A DNA stretch of 32,000 nucleotides from Desulfotalea psychrophila LSv54 (GCF_000025945.1 NC_006138.1:1740001-1772000), one strand, 5' to 3'; numbered from the stretch's first letter, positions 8,593-16,869 are shown. Notes: generated from the letters alone by a model not told the origin. A program made the numbers and translations.

Positions 8593-8955
8593 CTACTCCA
8601 TACACTGCAAATAGATGTTGCTGACGTACCAGCCGGAGCGGTATTTTTTATGCAGGTAGGTTTCGCTCTCTGCTGAGAAGCTGCGGCCTTTGGTTTTGTA
8701 GTGCCGGATCGTTGTCTCGGTGTGGGCAGTGTCTTCCTTTTTGCTGTTGTCCAGGAAGATGTCGACGTTGAGTTGTTTGCAGGGGGCGCCGCCCTTGATG
8801 AAACCCTTGGTTTTGATTGTGCTACCTGTCTGGCGATAGCTTACCTTAACTTTTCGTCCATCGATGTTGAAGGTGTCGGTCTGTTGGGCGAGGGAAGATG
8901 TGGCGAGTCCAAGGGTCAAAATCAGTGTTATAGTTATTCCTAGTAAGCCTCTCAT
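8593..8955 (-). CDS. small secreted protein (signal peptide)
   Basis: SD AAGGA 4 nt before the ATG. N-terminus 'MRGLLGITITLILTLGLATSSLAQQ' looks like a Sec signal with an AxA-type site. Downstream of and co-oriented with the repressor gene. Confidence 0.55.
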   Translation of the reverse strand: MRGLLGITITLILTLGLATSSLAQQTDTFNIDGRKVKVSYRQTGSTIKTKGFIKGGAPCKQLNVDIFLDNSKKEDTAHTETTIRHYKTKGRSFSAESETYLHKKYRSGWYVSNIYLQCME

Positions 8956-9074
8956 CTTTTCCTTTTTTGCAACATAAAAATCACTTGTGTATATTGCTAA
9001 CGTATTGAAAATACGTTTACTATCGCCTGTGCATGTACTACGCTGTCACACTGGGGAAGGCAATAAGTTTTCCT

Positions 9075-9536
9075 CTAACCGAGTTTCTTTTCTTGCCTGT
9101 GCTCTATTCTCTTCGCTTTTAGCCATTCCTTGAACTCTGGACTCTCCTGGGTAAGTTTTGCCTTGAGAAGTGCCCAGTAGTCTAATCCGTCGTCCTGTTC
9201 TTCTATCCACTCGATCAGTTCTTTGTGATGCTCATTGGTAATGCTTGTTGCCGTGCGAGCTTCTGTCTTGAAGTCAAAGTTGATGGCATCGCCTTTGGGT
9301 GGTGTATAGGAATACGGTTCTCCCACCCCAGTTGCCAGCCATTCGATATCGCATTTAAAAAACTCTGCTATTTTTACGAGTGTGGTCCGGTGTGGCGTCC
9401 CAACAAACCCTGATACCCACTTGCTCACCTGGGAAGGGTTCTTGCCAATGGCTCGGGCAAGGTCTTTTTGCTCAATTTTTTTTAAATCTATAAGCATTTG
9501 TAATCGCTTGCAAAACTCTTCCATGTAAGTCACCAC
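9075..9536 (-). CDS. XRE/cI-like phage repressor
   Basis: HTH 'IEQKDLARAIGKNPSQVSKWVSG' near the N-terminus with a C-terminal extension. Divergent from a Ner-like gene. The start may be the ATG at 9524 rather than the GTG at 9536. Confidence 0.75.
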   Translation of the reverse strand: MVTYMEEFCKRLQMLIDLKKIEQKDLARAIGKNPSQVSKWVSGFVGTPHRTTLVKIAEFFKCDIEWLATGVGEPYSYTPPKGDAINFDFKTEARTATSITNEHHKELIEWIEEQDDGLDYWALLKAKLTQESPEFKEWLKAKRIEHRQEKKLG

Positions 9537-9595
9537 ATTCCACTAAGTTCAAATTACTGGTTGTCACCACGTGTCATCTACGCTATCCTGTGTGC

Positions 9596-9790
9596 ATGGA
9601 TAAACAAAAACTCATTCACTTAATTGGTTATGTAACCGGCAAAAATATTCCTGAGTTAGCGGATGAATATGGTTATCCGCCTTCAAGTTTTTACCGCGTC
9701 ATATCGGGACGGGTGAAAAAATCACCCATTAGAAAAATCATATCTGACCTCGTTGATAAACCTATAGATCAGCTTTGGCCAGACAACTAA
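9596..9790 (+). CDS. Ner/Nlp-like small DNA-binding protein (Cro-equivalent)
   Basis: 'ELADEYGYPPSSFYRVISGRVKKSPIRKIISDLVDKPIDQLWPDN' parallels Mu Ner '...FGYAPTTLANALERHWPKGEQIIANALETKPEVIWPSRY'. ATG at 9596 inside ORF 9590..9790. Confidence 0.6.
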   Translation: MDKQKLIHLIGYVTGKNIPELADEYGYPPSSFYRVISGRVKKSPIRKIISDLVDKPIDQLWPDN

Positions 9791-9929
9791 AAAAAGGGGA
9801 TTTTGTGCATCAGCATACCAAGCTGTTTGTACGAAGCATCCCAGCAGTGGTGTTTGTTTTTTGCATAGACGGCCTCTTGATTTAGTTCAAAAAAACCCGA
9901 GGCCTAAAGGAAGGAATAATAGATCTGTC

Positions 9930-9991
9930 CTGTCCCCTGGACGCAATACGGGCTTGGTGGTTGGCACTTTCAAACCTAGCAGGGGACAGGG
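9930..9991. repeat. 11-bp inverted repeat CCTGTCCCCTG ... CAGGGGACAGG
   Basis: Arms at 9930-9940 and 9981-9991, read directly. The left arm region contains GTCCTG, the core of the iteron motif seen at 12951-13283. Confidence 0.5.
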
Positions 9992-10067
9992 CTTCTTACA
10001 AGGATAAATCAAAGAGATTGGCACTTTGCACTTTGATTACATACCAATTTGTCGCTGGAGGGTAGTT

Positions 10068-10583
10068 GTGATTACGAGAGAAACTAAACATCCAAGAGAT
10101 TACGAGGTGATGGATGCGGTGCTGGATCGTGGTGAAGCCACTGAATTAGCCCGTTTATTGTCATGCTCTCCACAGCTTATTCGTGGTTGGTGCCGGGCTC
10201 CTGAAACTGAGGCTGAATATACCACGGGGAGGTTTGGACCTCTTGCTCGTATTCGTACTCTCATTGCCATGATACGTGAGGCTGATGGTCGTCCTGATCG
10301 CGCCTTTCTCATTGGCCAGTATGTTGCCCTTCTTCTCGGTGGTGTTTTTGTTCCCACCCCTCCTGTTATTGAAAATGTGAATTCAGATGTGCTCAGCAAT
10401 GTTTCTCGCACAATGAAGCGATCGGGTGAGGCTATCGAGACCATCAGGATTGCATGGTTTGAAGAGAGCCCGGGCAAAATAACGAACCAGGAACGTGCGC
10501 TGTGTGTGGCCGATATCCAGAAGGCCATTGTTGCTCTTATCCAGACGCAACAGTGTATTGAACGACATTCAACTATTCGGTGA
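10068..10583 (+). CDS. hypothetical early protein with probable HTH
   Basis: GTG at 10068 lies 5 nt after SD GGAGGG. 'EATELARLLSCSPQLIRGWCR' is HTH-like. No family assigned. Confidence 0.5.
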   Translation: MITRETKHPRDYEVMDAVLDRGEATELARLLSCSPQLIRGWCRAPETEAEYTTGRFGPLARIRTLIAMIREADGRPDRAFLIGQYVALLLGGVFVPTPPVIENVNSDVLSNVSRTMKRSGEAIETIRIAWFEESPGKITNQERALCVADIQKAIVALIQTQQCIERHSTIR

Positions 10584-10592
10584 GGGGGGATT

Positions 10593-10856
10593 ATGGGCGA
10601 GCGTGAATATAAAGAACTTAAAGCCGAGTTATCTGAGATCAGAGGGTTGTTGATGCAGATTACCAACAACGATCGGATGATCTCTATTGATGAGGCAGCC
10701 GTCTATATGGGTTGCTCTATTGCGACTTTGAGGCGCCGTGTTCAGTCAAAGCAGTTACGCAATTATGCACCACCTCGTAAGTCGTATCGATTCAAGGTGA
10801 GTGAGTTGGCCACGGCGAAGAGTGGCGGGAGAATATCAGCGCTATCTATTTTGTAG
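10593..10856 (+). CDS. excisionase/MerR-type HTH DNA-binding protein
   Basis: 'MISIDEAAVYMGCSIATLRRRVQSKQL' is a typical excisionase-family HTH. SD GAGGGGGG lies upstream. Confidence 0.6.
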   Translation: MGEREYKELKAELSEIRGLLMQITNNDRMISIDEAAVYMGCSIATLRRRVQSKQLRNYAPPRKSYRFKVSELATAKSGGRISALSIL

Positions 10857-11078
10857 ATGGGGCTTGATGTTTTCCCCGTGCCCCTTTCGTCGGTAGATCC
10901 GGCAGGAGAGAGGTTGATTGATCCCCTGCAACCCCTGGGTTCGAGTGATCTGGCAGAGAAGGGGCCTGTGTGAAAAATGTCCACGGGTCCTTCTGGGGAA
11001 AAATGAGTTAGCACGGGTGGAAGCAGCTCGACAGATGAGCCTGTGAAAATTTTTGGTTTGGTTGGAATTGTGGAATTT

Positions 11079-11114
11079 GCTGTATCCCAGTGCTGACGGG
11101 GGATACAGCGTTTT
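11079..11114 (+). terminator. rho-independent-terminator-like hairpin
   Basis: GCTGTATCCC (11079-11088) pairs with GGGATACAGC (11100-11109) around an 11-nt loop, followed by GTTTT. Confidence 0.45.
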
Positions 11115-11200
11115 AGTATAAAAAAAATTGATAGATGCAACGCTGGTAAGCAATCTGGCTTGAGGTGGTTTGCATCACATTACAAAGGATGGTTGTTAGG

Positions 11201-12946
11201 ATGGAGCATGAAATTATAGAAAGTAGTCAGGAGCTGATGGGTGATGAAGGCGAAGTGCTTTCTCCCGTTTTGCAGGATCTCGATTTTATCAGGGATTGTT
11301 TCGGTGCTAATGAGCGTGGTGATGGTTTGCTTCTTGCGGCAATTCTTAAGGATAGATACCTCTATGTCACAGCTCCTGACGATAAAGGGGAGTGGTACAA
11401 ATGGGTGGGCCATGTTTGGCAACTTGATGAGTTCGATACCACCGTTGATGTAGCTGAACAGGTGGCTTTGGCCTATGAAGAGTATGCCTTTCATGTAGAG
11501 GCACAGCGGGACCAGGAGTTGGCTAAGCTCGATGAAGAGCGCAACGAAAAAATCGCGATGATTAAGGCTGAGTGTGAAGAAGAGGACGCCAAGAAAAAAA
11601 TTGATACTCTTCTGCAGAAGCCTCTTGTTCCTCCCAAGTGGATGACCTCCACCATCAAAGATTATAACAAAAGGGCGTGGGTGCTGAGAAGCCGGGAACG
11701 AATTATGAAGGCGCGTTTCTTTGCCCCAAAAGTTGACCGTAGAATAGCCGCTATCTCCGATGATCTGGATCAAAAAAAATGGCTTCTTCCCTGCGCCAAC
11801 GGGGTGCTTGATCTTAAGCGCGGCCTTCTTATGGATGGTCGGCCTTCAGATCTGCTCACCAAGCAGATCGATGTTGCCTACAATCCCGATGCTGACTACT
11901 CCTTTTTTGAAGAGATTATAAAAGATATCTGTGTCTGCCCAGAGATTGAAGGCACCGATCTCCTGCCTGCCTTTTTGAAACGACTCTTTGGCTATGCCAT
12001 CACCGGTAACGTCAACGAAGAGTTTTTGGCAATTTTCATCGGGCCTGGACGAAACGGCAAAGGTACCATTCTTGAAACGATAACCAGTGTACTTGGTGCT
12101 TACTATCATCAGGCAAACCGATCTCTCTTTATTGAACAAAAATTTGAGCCACCACCATCGGCTACCTCCGAACATATGTATGCCCTCCAGGGCAAGAGGC
12201 TTGTTGTGGGAGCAGAAACCAACAAGGGCCAAAAAATTGATGGCGGCCTCATCAAGGGTATTACCGGTGGTAACAAGGTTAACTATCGTAAAAATTTTAA
12301 ATCTGAAAAGACGTTTACTCCGACTCACACCCTCATTCTTGAGACCAATAATATCCCTTACGGACTCACCAAAGAGTTCTCTCTTACCCAACGTTTAGTC
12401 CTGGTCGATTTTCCCTTTCGCTATGTGGATGATATCGAAGCAGAAGAACGGAAATACCCTGCACTCAAAGGCCGTTTTAAAAAGAAAAATAAGGATCTCA
12501 AGGCAAAGCTTAAGAGTCGGGAGAGTCGTGAGGGCGTTTTGAAGTGGTTGGTCGAAGGGTGCTTGGAGTGGGATGAGCATGGTCTGCTGATCCCAGATTG
12601 TGTCCTTCAGGCCCGGGAAGATCTCACCAAAAAAGAAGATTATATAGGTCAATTCTTAGGTGAAATTGTTGAGCACGTCCCTGATCGGGAAAATATGCGC
12701 ATGGAGTTTAAGTACCTGTATGAAGCCTTTCAATACTTCTGGAAGGATACCATCGACTCCCGGGATAATAAGGTGCCGCATAAGAATACCCTCTCCAAAG
12801 AGCTTAAGGAACGTGGCTACTCGCTTGAAAAAATAGGCGGGAAGCTCTGGGCCTACCACTTTCGAATTCGTCCTGAATTAGTTCATGGCGTGGCAGAGCT
12901 GGGTGCAATTGATGCGAAGGCCAGTAGTATAGCTGCCCTCTCTTAA
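11201..12946 (+). CDS. D5 / P4-type phage-plasmid primase C-terminal family SF3 helicase
   Basis: D5_N-like 'WLLPCANGVLDLKRGLLMDGRPSDLLTKQIDVAYNPDADYSFFEEII', Walker A 'FIGPGRNGKGT', Walker B-like 'RLVVGAETN'. Start uncertain among GTG 11165, ATG 11189 and ATG 11201. Confidence 0.85.
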   Translation: MEHEIIESSQELMGDEGEVLSPVLQDLDFIRDCFGANERGDGLLLAAILKDRYLYVTAPDDKGEWYKWVGHVWQLDEFDTTVDVAEQVALAYEEYAFHVEAQRDQELAKLDEERNEKIAMIKAECEEEDAKKKIDTLLQKPLVPPKWMTSTIKDYNKRAWVLRSRERIMKARFFAPKVDRRIAAISDDLDQKKWLLPCANGVLDLKRGLLMDGRPSDLLTKQIDVAYNPDADYSFFEEIIKDICVCPEIEGTDLLPAFLKRLFGYAITGNVNEEFLAIFIGPGRNGKGTILETITSVLGAYYHQANRSLFIEQKFEPPPSATSEHMYALQGKRLVVGAETNKGQKIDGGLIKGITGGNKVNYRKNFKSEKTFTPTHTLILETNNIPYGLTKEFSLTQRLVLVDFPFRYVDDIEAEERKYPALKGRFKKKNKDLKAKLKSRESREGVLKWLVEGCLEWDEHGLLIPDCVLQAREDLTKKEDYIGQFLGEIVEHVPDRENMRMEFKYLYEAFQYFWKDTIDSRDNKVPHKNTLSKELKERGYSLEKIGGKLWAYHFRIRPELVHGVAELGAIDAKASSIAALS

Positions 12947-12950
12947 ACTC

Positions 12951-13283
12951 TATCCTGCCATCCTGCGCCTGTCCTGTCGCTATCATGGCAACTATATTGT
13001 TGAAATAAATTGAAAAAATTGGACTAGCAGGACAGCAGGACAGCGTCTCCTTATACGCGCACACATAAGAGTTTTTAAAGCTTCTTTAACTGGCTTATAA
13101 AACTTCTCTTAGCTCTTTGTATAGAGACTTATATATCCTCTTATCCTGTTTGTTAATAATTATATGTAAAAATAAAGAGTTAAGAGCAGGATGAAAAAAG
13201 GATAGAGACAGGACAGCAGGATGGAGGAAAAAAAAGCAGGATAGCAGGATGACGAGGCAGGATAGGGGCAGGACAACAGGATG
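12951..13283. repeat. iteron cluster / candidate replication origin
   Basis: By eye, at least ten forward copies of (A/G)(G/A)CAGGA(T/C), for example AGCAGGACAGCAGGACAG at 13028-13045 and a run of five at 13236-13283. Four inverted copies (ATCCTG/GTCCTG) lie at 12951-12980 and about 13142. AT-rich tracts sit at about 12990-13020 and 13145-13182. Confidence 0.6.
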
Positions 13284-13298
13284 AAAAAGGTGGAGATC

Positions 13299-14885
13299 AT
13301 GAATACAGAAAGCATAGTTCGAAAGATAGCAGCAGAGCATGGCCTTCGTAAAAAAGGCAACCGTTTCACCGGGCCCTGCCCAGAGTGTGGCGGATCCAAA
13401 ACCTCCGATAAGTTTTCTATCCTGCTCGATGGTGGTTTCAAATGTTACGCCTGCAATTTTCGCGGCGACATCATCACCTGGCTCCGAAAGCGGGAGAGCA
13501 TGAACTGCCCAGATGCTCATGATTACGCTGGCCGAGATTGCAGGCAGAAAGATTCCTGCCCTGCAGCAGCTCATTGCCGACTCGGTAATGGTTCAGCTCC
13601 TGCCACCAAGAGACGCCCTGCCTATCGTCGCCCAAGCAGGCCTCGCCAGGAAGAGGAGGTTCAGCAAACTCTGCCAATGGTGGAGCCTCAATACCCTAAA
13701 GCGGTTTGGGTAAGTTGGGCGGATGCTCTGGTACAGAAGGCCCACGAAAAACTTCTGGAGACTCCGGAGCAACTGGCCTATCTGGCATCTCGTGGCATTG
13801 ATGCCGAGGCCGTGGATCGTTTCTCCCTGGGTTGGTTGAGCCATCAGCAACAGGTTCTTAAGAACAAGATCGGCCTACCGGTTGATGAAGGTAAGGATAA
13901 ACTCTGGGTTCCGGAGGGTTTGCTGATTCCCATTTTTGATCAAAGTGGATCACTGCACCGTATTCGGATTCGCAGATCGCCGGAGGCCCGGGCCAAGTTT
14001 TTGCCAAATCTTAAATATAACTGGATGCGGGGGGCGGGCAATATGCCCATGGCCCTTGTTCCGGAGGGAAAAATTCGCGGTGCCGTGATCGTCGAGGCAG
14101 AGCTTGATGCCATGGCAGTCGCCTCGGCTCATGTAGATGTTGCGGCCATTGCCGTTGGTTCTCTTGGCTCTGGTGTTGATCCCGAGCTTGACCAGCTTCT
14201 CGAACAGGCGCCTGTTGTCCTGGTGGCCCTTGATGCCGAAGATAAGGCCGAGAAAGTTGCAGATATGTGGAAGGAGAAATATCGCCACGCCAAGTATTAC
14301 AAAACAACCATCGGCAAAGATCCAGGTGAAATGTTTGCCGCCGGCGGCGATCTTCATGCCTGGATTGAAAGGGGACTGCCTCTGCAACCATCACGTCCTC
14401 GTTCTACCCCAGCTCCTGTCCCAAAGCAGGACGAAGCCTTTCTCCCTGCGCGTAAGCTCAACAGGGGGGGAGGGGGAGCGCAAATAATAGAGCCTTCGGC
14501 AAAGGCATCTATAGACTCGGATGTTGCCTGTCCCCAACCTGAAAAGATTAAGGGCCCTGTCGTACCTTCCAACTCAAAATCATTCTCCATGACCCTGCCC
14601 AACGGCACCGTTATCTATGTGGTTCCGTCTAAAGACAAGGAATGGCAGGAGCTGACGGATCAGGGCCTGCCCGTTTTCACGGCCTATGAAATAGATAAGC
14701 TGGGCGCGGCTGTCTCCACTATGAACGACGAAGAGAGACTCAAGGCGGCCACGGCCGCAATAAATATAAAAACAGTATTCGGCGGTTACATAAGCCGAGG
14801 CGAGGCAATCGAAGCGGGTGAGGATGGCGGTGATCCTTGCACGCAAGATGGGCCTGAGAAACCCCAGAGCGCAGTGAGACTCTAG
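13299..14885 (+). CDS. Zn-finger + Toprim DNA primase-like protein with low-complexity linkers and an unassigned C-terminal domain
   Basis: ATG at 13299 lies 4 nt after SD GGTGGAG. 'CPECGGSKTSDKFSILLDGGFKCYACNFRGDIITW' is a CHC2-type Zn finger. Toprim-like 'VIVEAELDAMAV' and 'VLVALDAEDKAEK'. Pro/Arg-rich linkers are present. Confidence 0.7.
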   Translation: MNTESIVRKIAAEHGLRKKGNRFTGPCPECGGSKTSDKFSILLDGGFKCYACNFRGDIITWLRKRESMNCPDAHDYAGRDCRQKDSCPAAAHCRLGNGSAPATKRRPAYRRPSRPRQEEEVQQTLPMVEPQYPKAVWVSWADALVQKAHEKLLETPEQLAYLASRGIDAEAVDRFSLGWLSHQQQVLKNKIGLPVDEGKDKLWVPEGLLIPIFDQSGSLHRIRIRRSPEARAKFLPNLKYNWMRGAGNMPMALVPEGKIRGAVIVEAELDAMAVASAHVDVAAIAVGSLGSGVDPELDQLLEQAPVVLVALDAEDKAEKVADMWKEKYRHAKYYKTTIGKDPGEMFAAGGDLHAWIERGLPLQPSRPRSTPAPVPKQDEAFLPARKLNRGGGGAQIIEPSAKASIDSDVACPQPEKIKGPVVPSNSKSFSMTLPNGTVIYVVPSKDKEWQELTDQGLPVFTAYEIDKLGAAVSTMNDEERLKAATAAINIKTVFGGYISRGEAIEAGEDGGDPCTQDGPEKPQSAVRL

Positions 14886-14964
14886 GTGGCTACGCCACTA
14901 TGGATGGAAAAGAACTGAATCAAGGCGGCTATCGCCGCTATAGAGATAAAAAGGGGAATAAAAA

Positions 14965-15300
14965 ATGTTTGAGATAAAAGATGTAGCCGAGCCTGTAAAA
15001 ACAAGAAGAGTGGTTTCTCTTGCTGGTAAAGATATCGGAACCCTTGGCTTTACCAACGATACCTCAAAATATCATGCCGTTCTGCGCCTTGACGATTTCA
15101 TGGGATGGAGCAGTGCCCTGAGCTCTCTTGGCCAGCCCGATTGCCTCTCCTGTCTTCTACAGGGCCTGGGCGATACTGAGGAGGAGGCGATTAAAGATGC
15201 CTTTACCCAGGTAAAGTCGAAAATGGAAAAACTGGCGAGTGGGGTAGACAAGCTTCAGTCTGCCTTCTTCGAGACTGCCGGGGCAGGCCATGAGTCTTGA
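14965..15300 (+). CDS. hypothetical phage protein
   Basis: 111-aa ORF with SD GGGGA 8 nt upstream. Overlaps the next gene by 11 nt. Confidence 0.5.
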   Translation: MFEIKDVAEPVKTRRVVSLAGKDIGTLGFTNDTSKYHAVLRLDDFMGWSSALSSLGQPDCLSCLLQGLGDTEEEAIKDAFTQVKSKMEKLASGVDKLQSAFFETAGAGHES

Positions 15301-15679
15301 AGCCATCATCCCCGATGAAGAGCTGCGTAGGAGAGTTGAAGGCCTGAGCAGAGACGAACTCTTGCTTCTGGTCTGTGAGTTGAGCAAAAGCTCAGGGGAA
15401 CAAAAGAGAGAACCTCTGCTGACTATGACAAAGGTGATTGAGATGACAGATAAGGTGCAGGGCCAAGAAGTAAAAAAGAAAAGATACCTGGTTCTTTCAA
15501 CGGATCCCGAAGAAGCACTGCTTCAAATTGCAGACTGTATCGAAAAAAAGATGGTCTTGAAAGGACGTACCTATCCTCCAGGAGGCGACAAGAGGGCTTG
15601 CCAGGGATTTTGGCAGGATATTGGTTTTATCTACGATCTTCAGGCGATTGCTCATCAGATAGAAGAAAGACGTCAGTAA
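15290..15679 (+). CDS. hypothetical phage protein
   Basis: 129-aa ORF, co-oriented with and overlapping the preceding gene. Confidence 0.5.
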   Translation: MSLEAIIPDEELRRRVEGLSRDELLLLVCELSKSSGEQKREPLLTMTKVIEMTDKVQGQEVKKKRYLVLSTDPEEALLQIADCIEKKMVLKGRTYPPGGDKRACQGFWQDIGFIYDLQAIAHQIEERRQ

Positions 15680-15696
15680 AGAAATGGGGGGGGAAT

Positions 15697-16023
15697 ATGG
15701 GGGACGTGACGAGTTATGTAGATAGGGCTTTTGGGAAAGATATTTTTGAAAAAACTTTAGAAACAGAATTCGAAGAAAGCTTTACTGAAGATTTCTTGGG
15801 GTTCAGGCAAGAAGAAATTGAGAGTATGTCAAAAGGTCAGTTACTGAAGAGAGTAATTGAGCTTGAAAGAAGAGACTATGTAAATGGGGCAATGGGAGAT
15901 GTACTTCATTTTGCTGTCAGAGATTTGTTCTTTAATCATTTCGATTATGACGGAACAGATTGGGATGATGCCTTTAAAGAACGAATTTTACGGAACGTTT
16001 ACAGTTGTTATTTAAGAAGCTAG
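15697..16023 (+). CDS. hypothetical phage protein
   Basis: In-frame ATG at 15697 follows a G-rich SD (GGGGGGGA) inside ORF 15598..16023. Confidence 0.5.
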   Translation: MGDVTSYVDRAFGKDIFEKTLETEFEESFTEDFLGFRQEEIESMSKGQLLKRVIELERRDYVNGAMGDVLHFAVRDLFFNHFDYDGTDWDDAFKERILRNVYSCYLRS

Positions 16024-16096
16024 GGAGGGAGAGGGAATGTTTGAGAAATGAAAAGAGGATGGGACTGTTGTAGGGCCTGTTGCGCAGGAAGAGGCA

Positions 16097-16246
16097 ATGG
16101 GCCTCGTTGGTGGCCGCCCACGTGGTAGTGACTATATGGAGCGCATAAGACAGCTCGCCAACCAACGAAGAAAAGCCGCCAGACCAAAGAAAATCCGCAA
16201 GCTGTTGCCGGGCGAGGAAAATCAGCTTCGCCTGCCGGGAATGTAA
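16097..16246 (+). CDS. small basic protein (49 aa), below the ORF-track cutoff
   Basis: Hand translation gives MGLVGGRPRGSDYMERIRQLANQRRKAARPKKIRKLLPGEENQLRLPGM. GGAAGAGG lies upstream. Fills a gap that otherwise holds only antisense ORFs. Confidence 0.3.
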   Translation: MGLVGGRPRGSDYMERIRQLANQRRKAARPKKIRKLLPGEENQLRLPGM

Positions 16247-16293
16247 ATATATGCTGTAACCGCGATAAATAATGTGGAAAGGGAACAAGTAAA

Positions 16294-16869
16294 ATGACCG
16301 ACACCCCCAGCTGGCAAAACTATACCGAGACAAATAAAAAAGCCGATGTGCTGCGCTATCTGCAGGAGACGGGTTGGCAACTCAGAAAGCAGACCTTCTA
16401 CAACCACTGCGGGGATGGCAAACTCAAAAAAAACAGATCCGGTCTCTACTCAAAACAGGCCGTGAAAAAATATGCCGAAACATGGCTGGTCCATATCGGT
16501 TTGGGCAGCACGGTGGGCGAGGCGGAGGAGAACCTTGCCAAACAGAAGACCAAAAAAGAGATTGACCGGATCACCACCTCGGAACAGCACGAGCGCTTTA
16601 AACTCGATATCCTCCGGGGTAAATATATTGAGCGCTCCAAGGTAGAGCTGGAACTTGCCAGCCGTGCCGTGGTGCTCGATCACGGCCTGGACTATCTGAT
16701 AAAATCCAACGTGGCCGAGATGGTGGCCCTGGTGGGCGGTATGGCCGACAAGACAACCCTGCTGCTTGATTTTCTTCTGAAGAAAAAAGATGCACAGCTC
16801 TCGCACTATGCGAGTATCGATGATTTTACTGTAAACCTGCAAATAGAGAGCGAGGTGGAATCGTGCTGA
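16294..16869 (+). CDS. putative terminase small subunit (by position)
   Basis: 191-aa ORF whose stop overlaps the terL start. Occupies the Nu1 position. No motif recognised. Confidence 0.45.
   Translation: MTDTPSWQNYTETNKKADVLRYLQETGWQLRKQTFYNHCGDGKLKKNRSGLYSKQAVKKYAETWLVHIGLGSTVGEAEENLAKQKTKKEIDRITTSEQHERFKLDILRGKYIERSKVELELASRAVVLDHGLDYLIKSNVAEMVALVGGMADKTTLLLDFLLKKKDAQLSHYASIDDFTVNLQIESEVESC

Noticed and set aside
9596-9790. Mu-like transposable phage, inferred from the Ner-like protein
   Set aside because: No transposase A/B genes follow. The element instead has a helicase/primase/iteron replication module and a lambda-type head module.
9961-10035. Sigma-54 promoter suggested by TGGCAC motifs
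   Set aside because: The GG-to-GC spacing does not fit the -24/-12 consensus (TGGCAC-N5-TTGC) at either occurrence.
10100-10669. 189-aa minus-strand ORF across the early genes
   Set aside because: It is antisense to two SD-preceded plus-strand genes with HTH motifs. It is Ser/Arg/Pro-rich and has no SD.
11180-12391. Minus-strand ORFs of 197 aa and 181 aa inside the D5-type helicase gene
   Set aside because: They are antisense to a gene with clear D5_N and Walker motifs and have no independent support.
12951-13283. Possible CRISPR array
   Set aside because: The repeats are only about 8-10 bp, irregularly spaced, often adjacent, and present in both orientations. No cas genes are present, so iterons fit better.
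13095-13574. 159-aa minus-strand ORF covering the iteron region and the primase 5' end
   Set aside because: It runs through the repeat and AT-rich origin-like DNA and overlaps the Zn-finger coding region antisense. The repeats explain the open frame.
15974-16333. Minus-strand ORFs of 119 aa and 94 aa in the gap before the small terminase gene
   Set aside because: They oppose the uniformly plus-strand operon and have no SD. A short plus-strand basic ORF (16097..16246) explains the region better.
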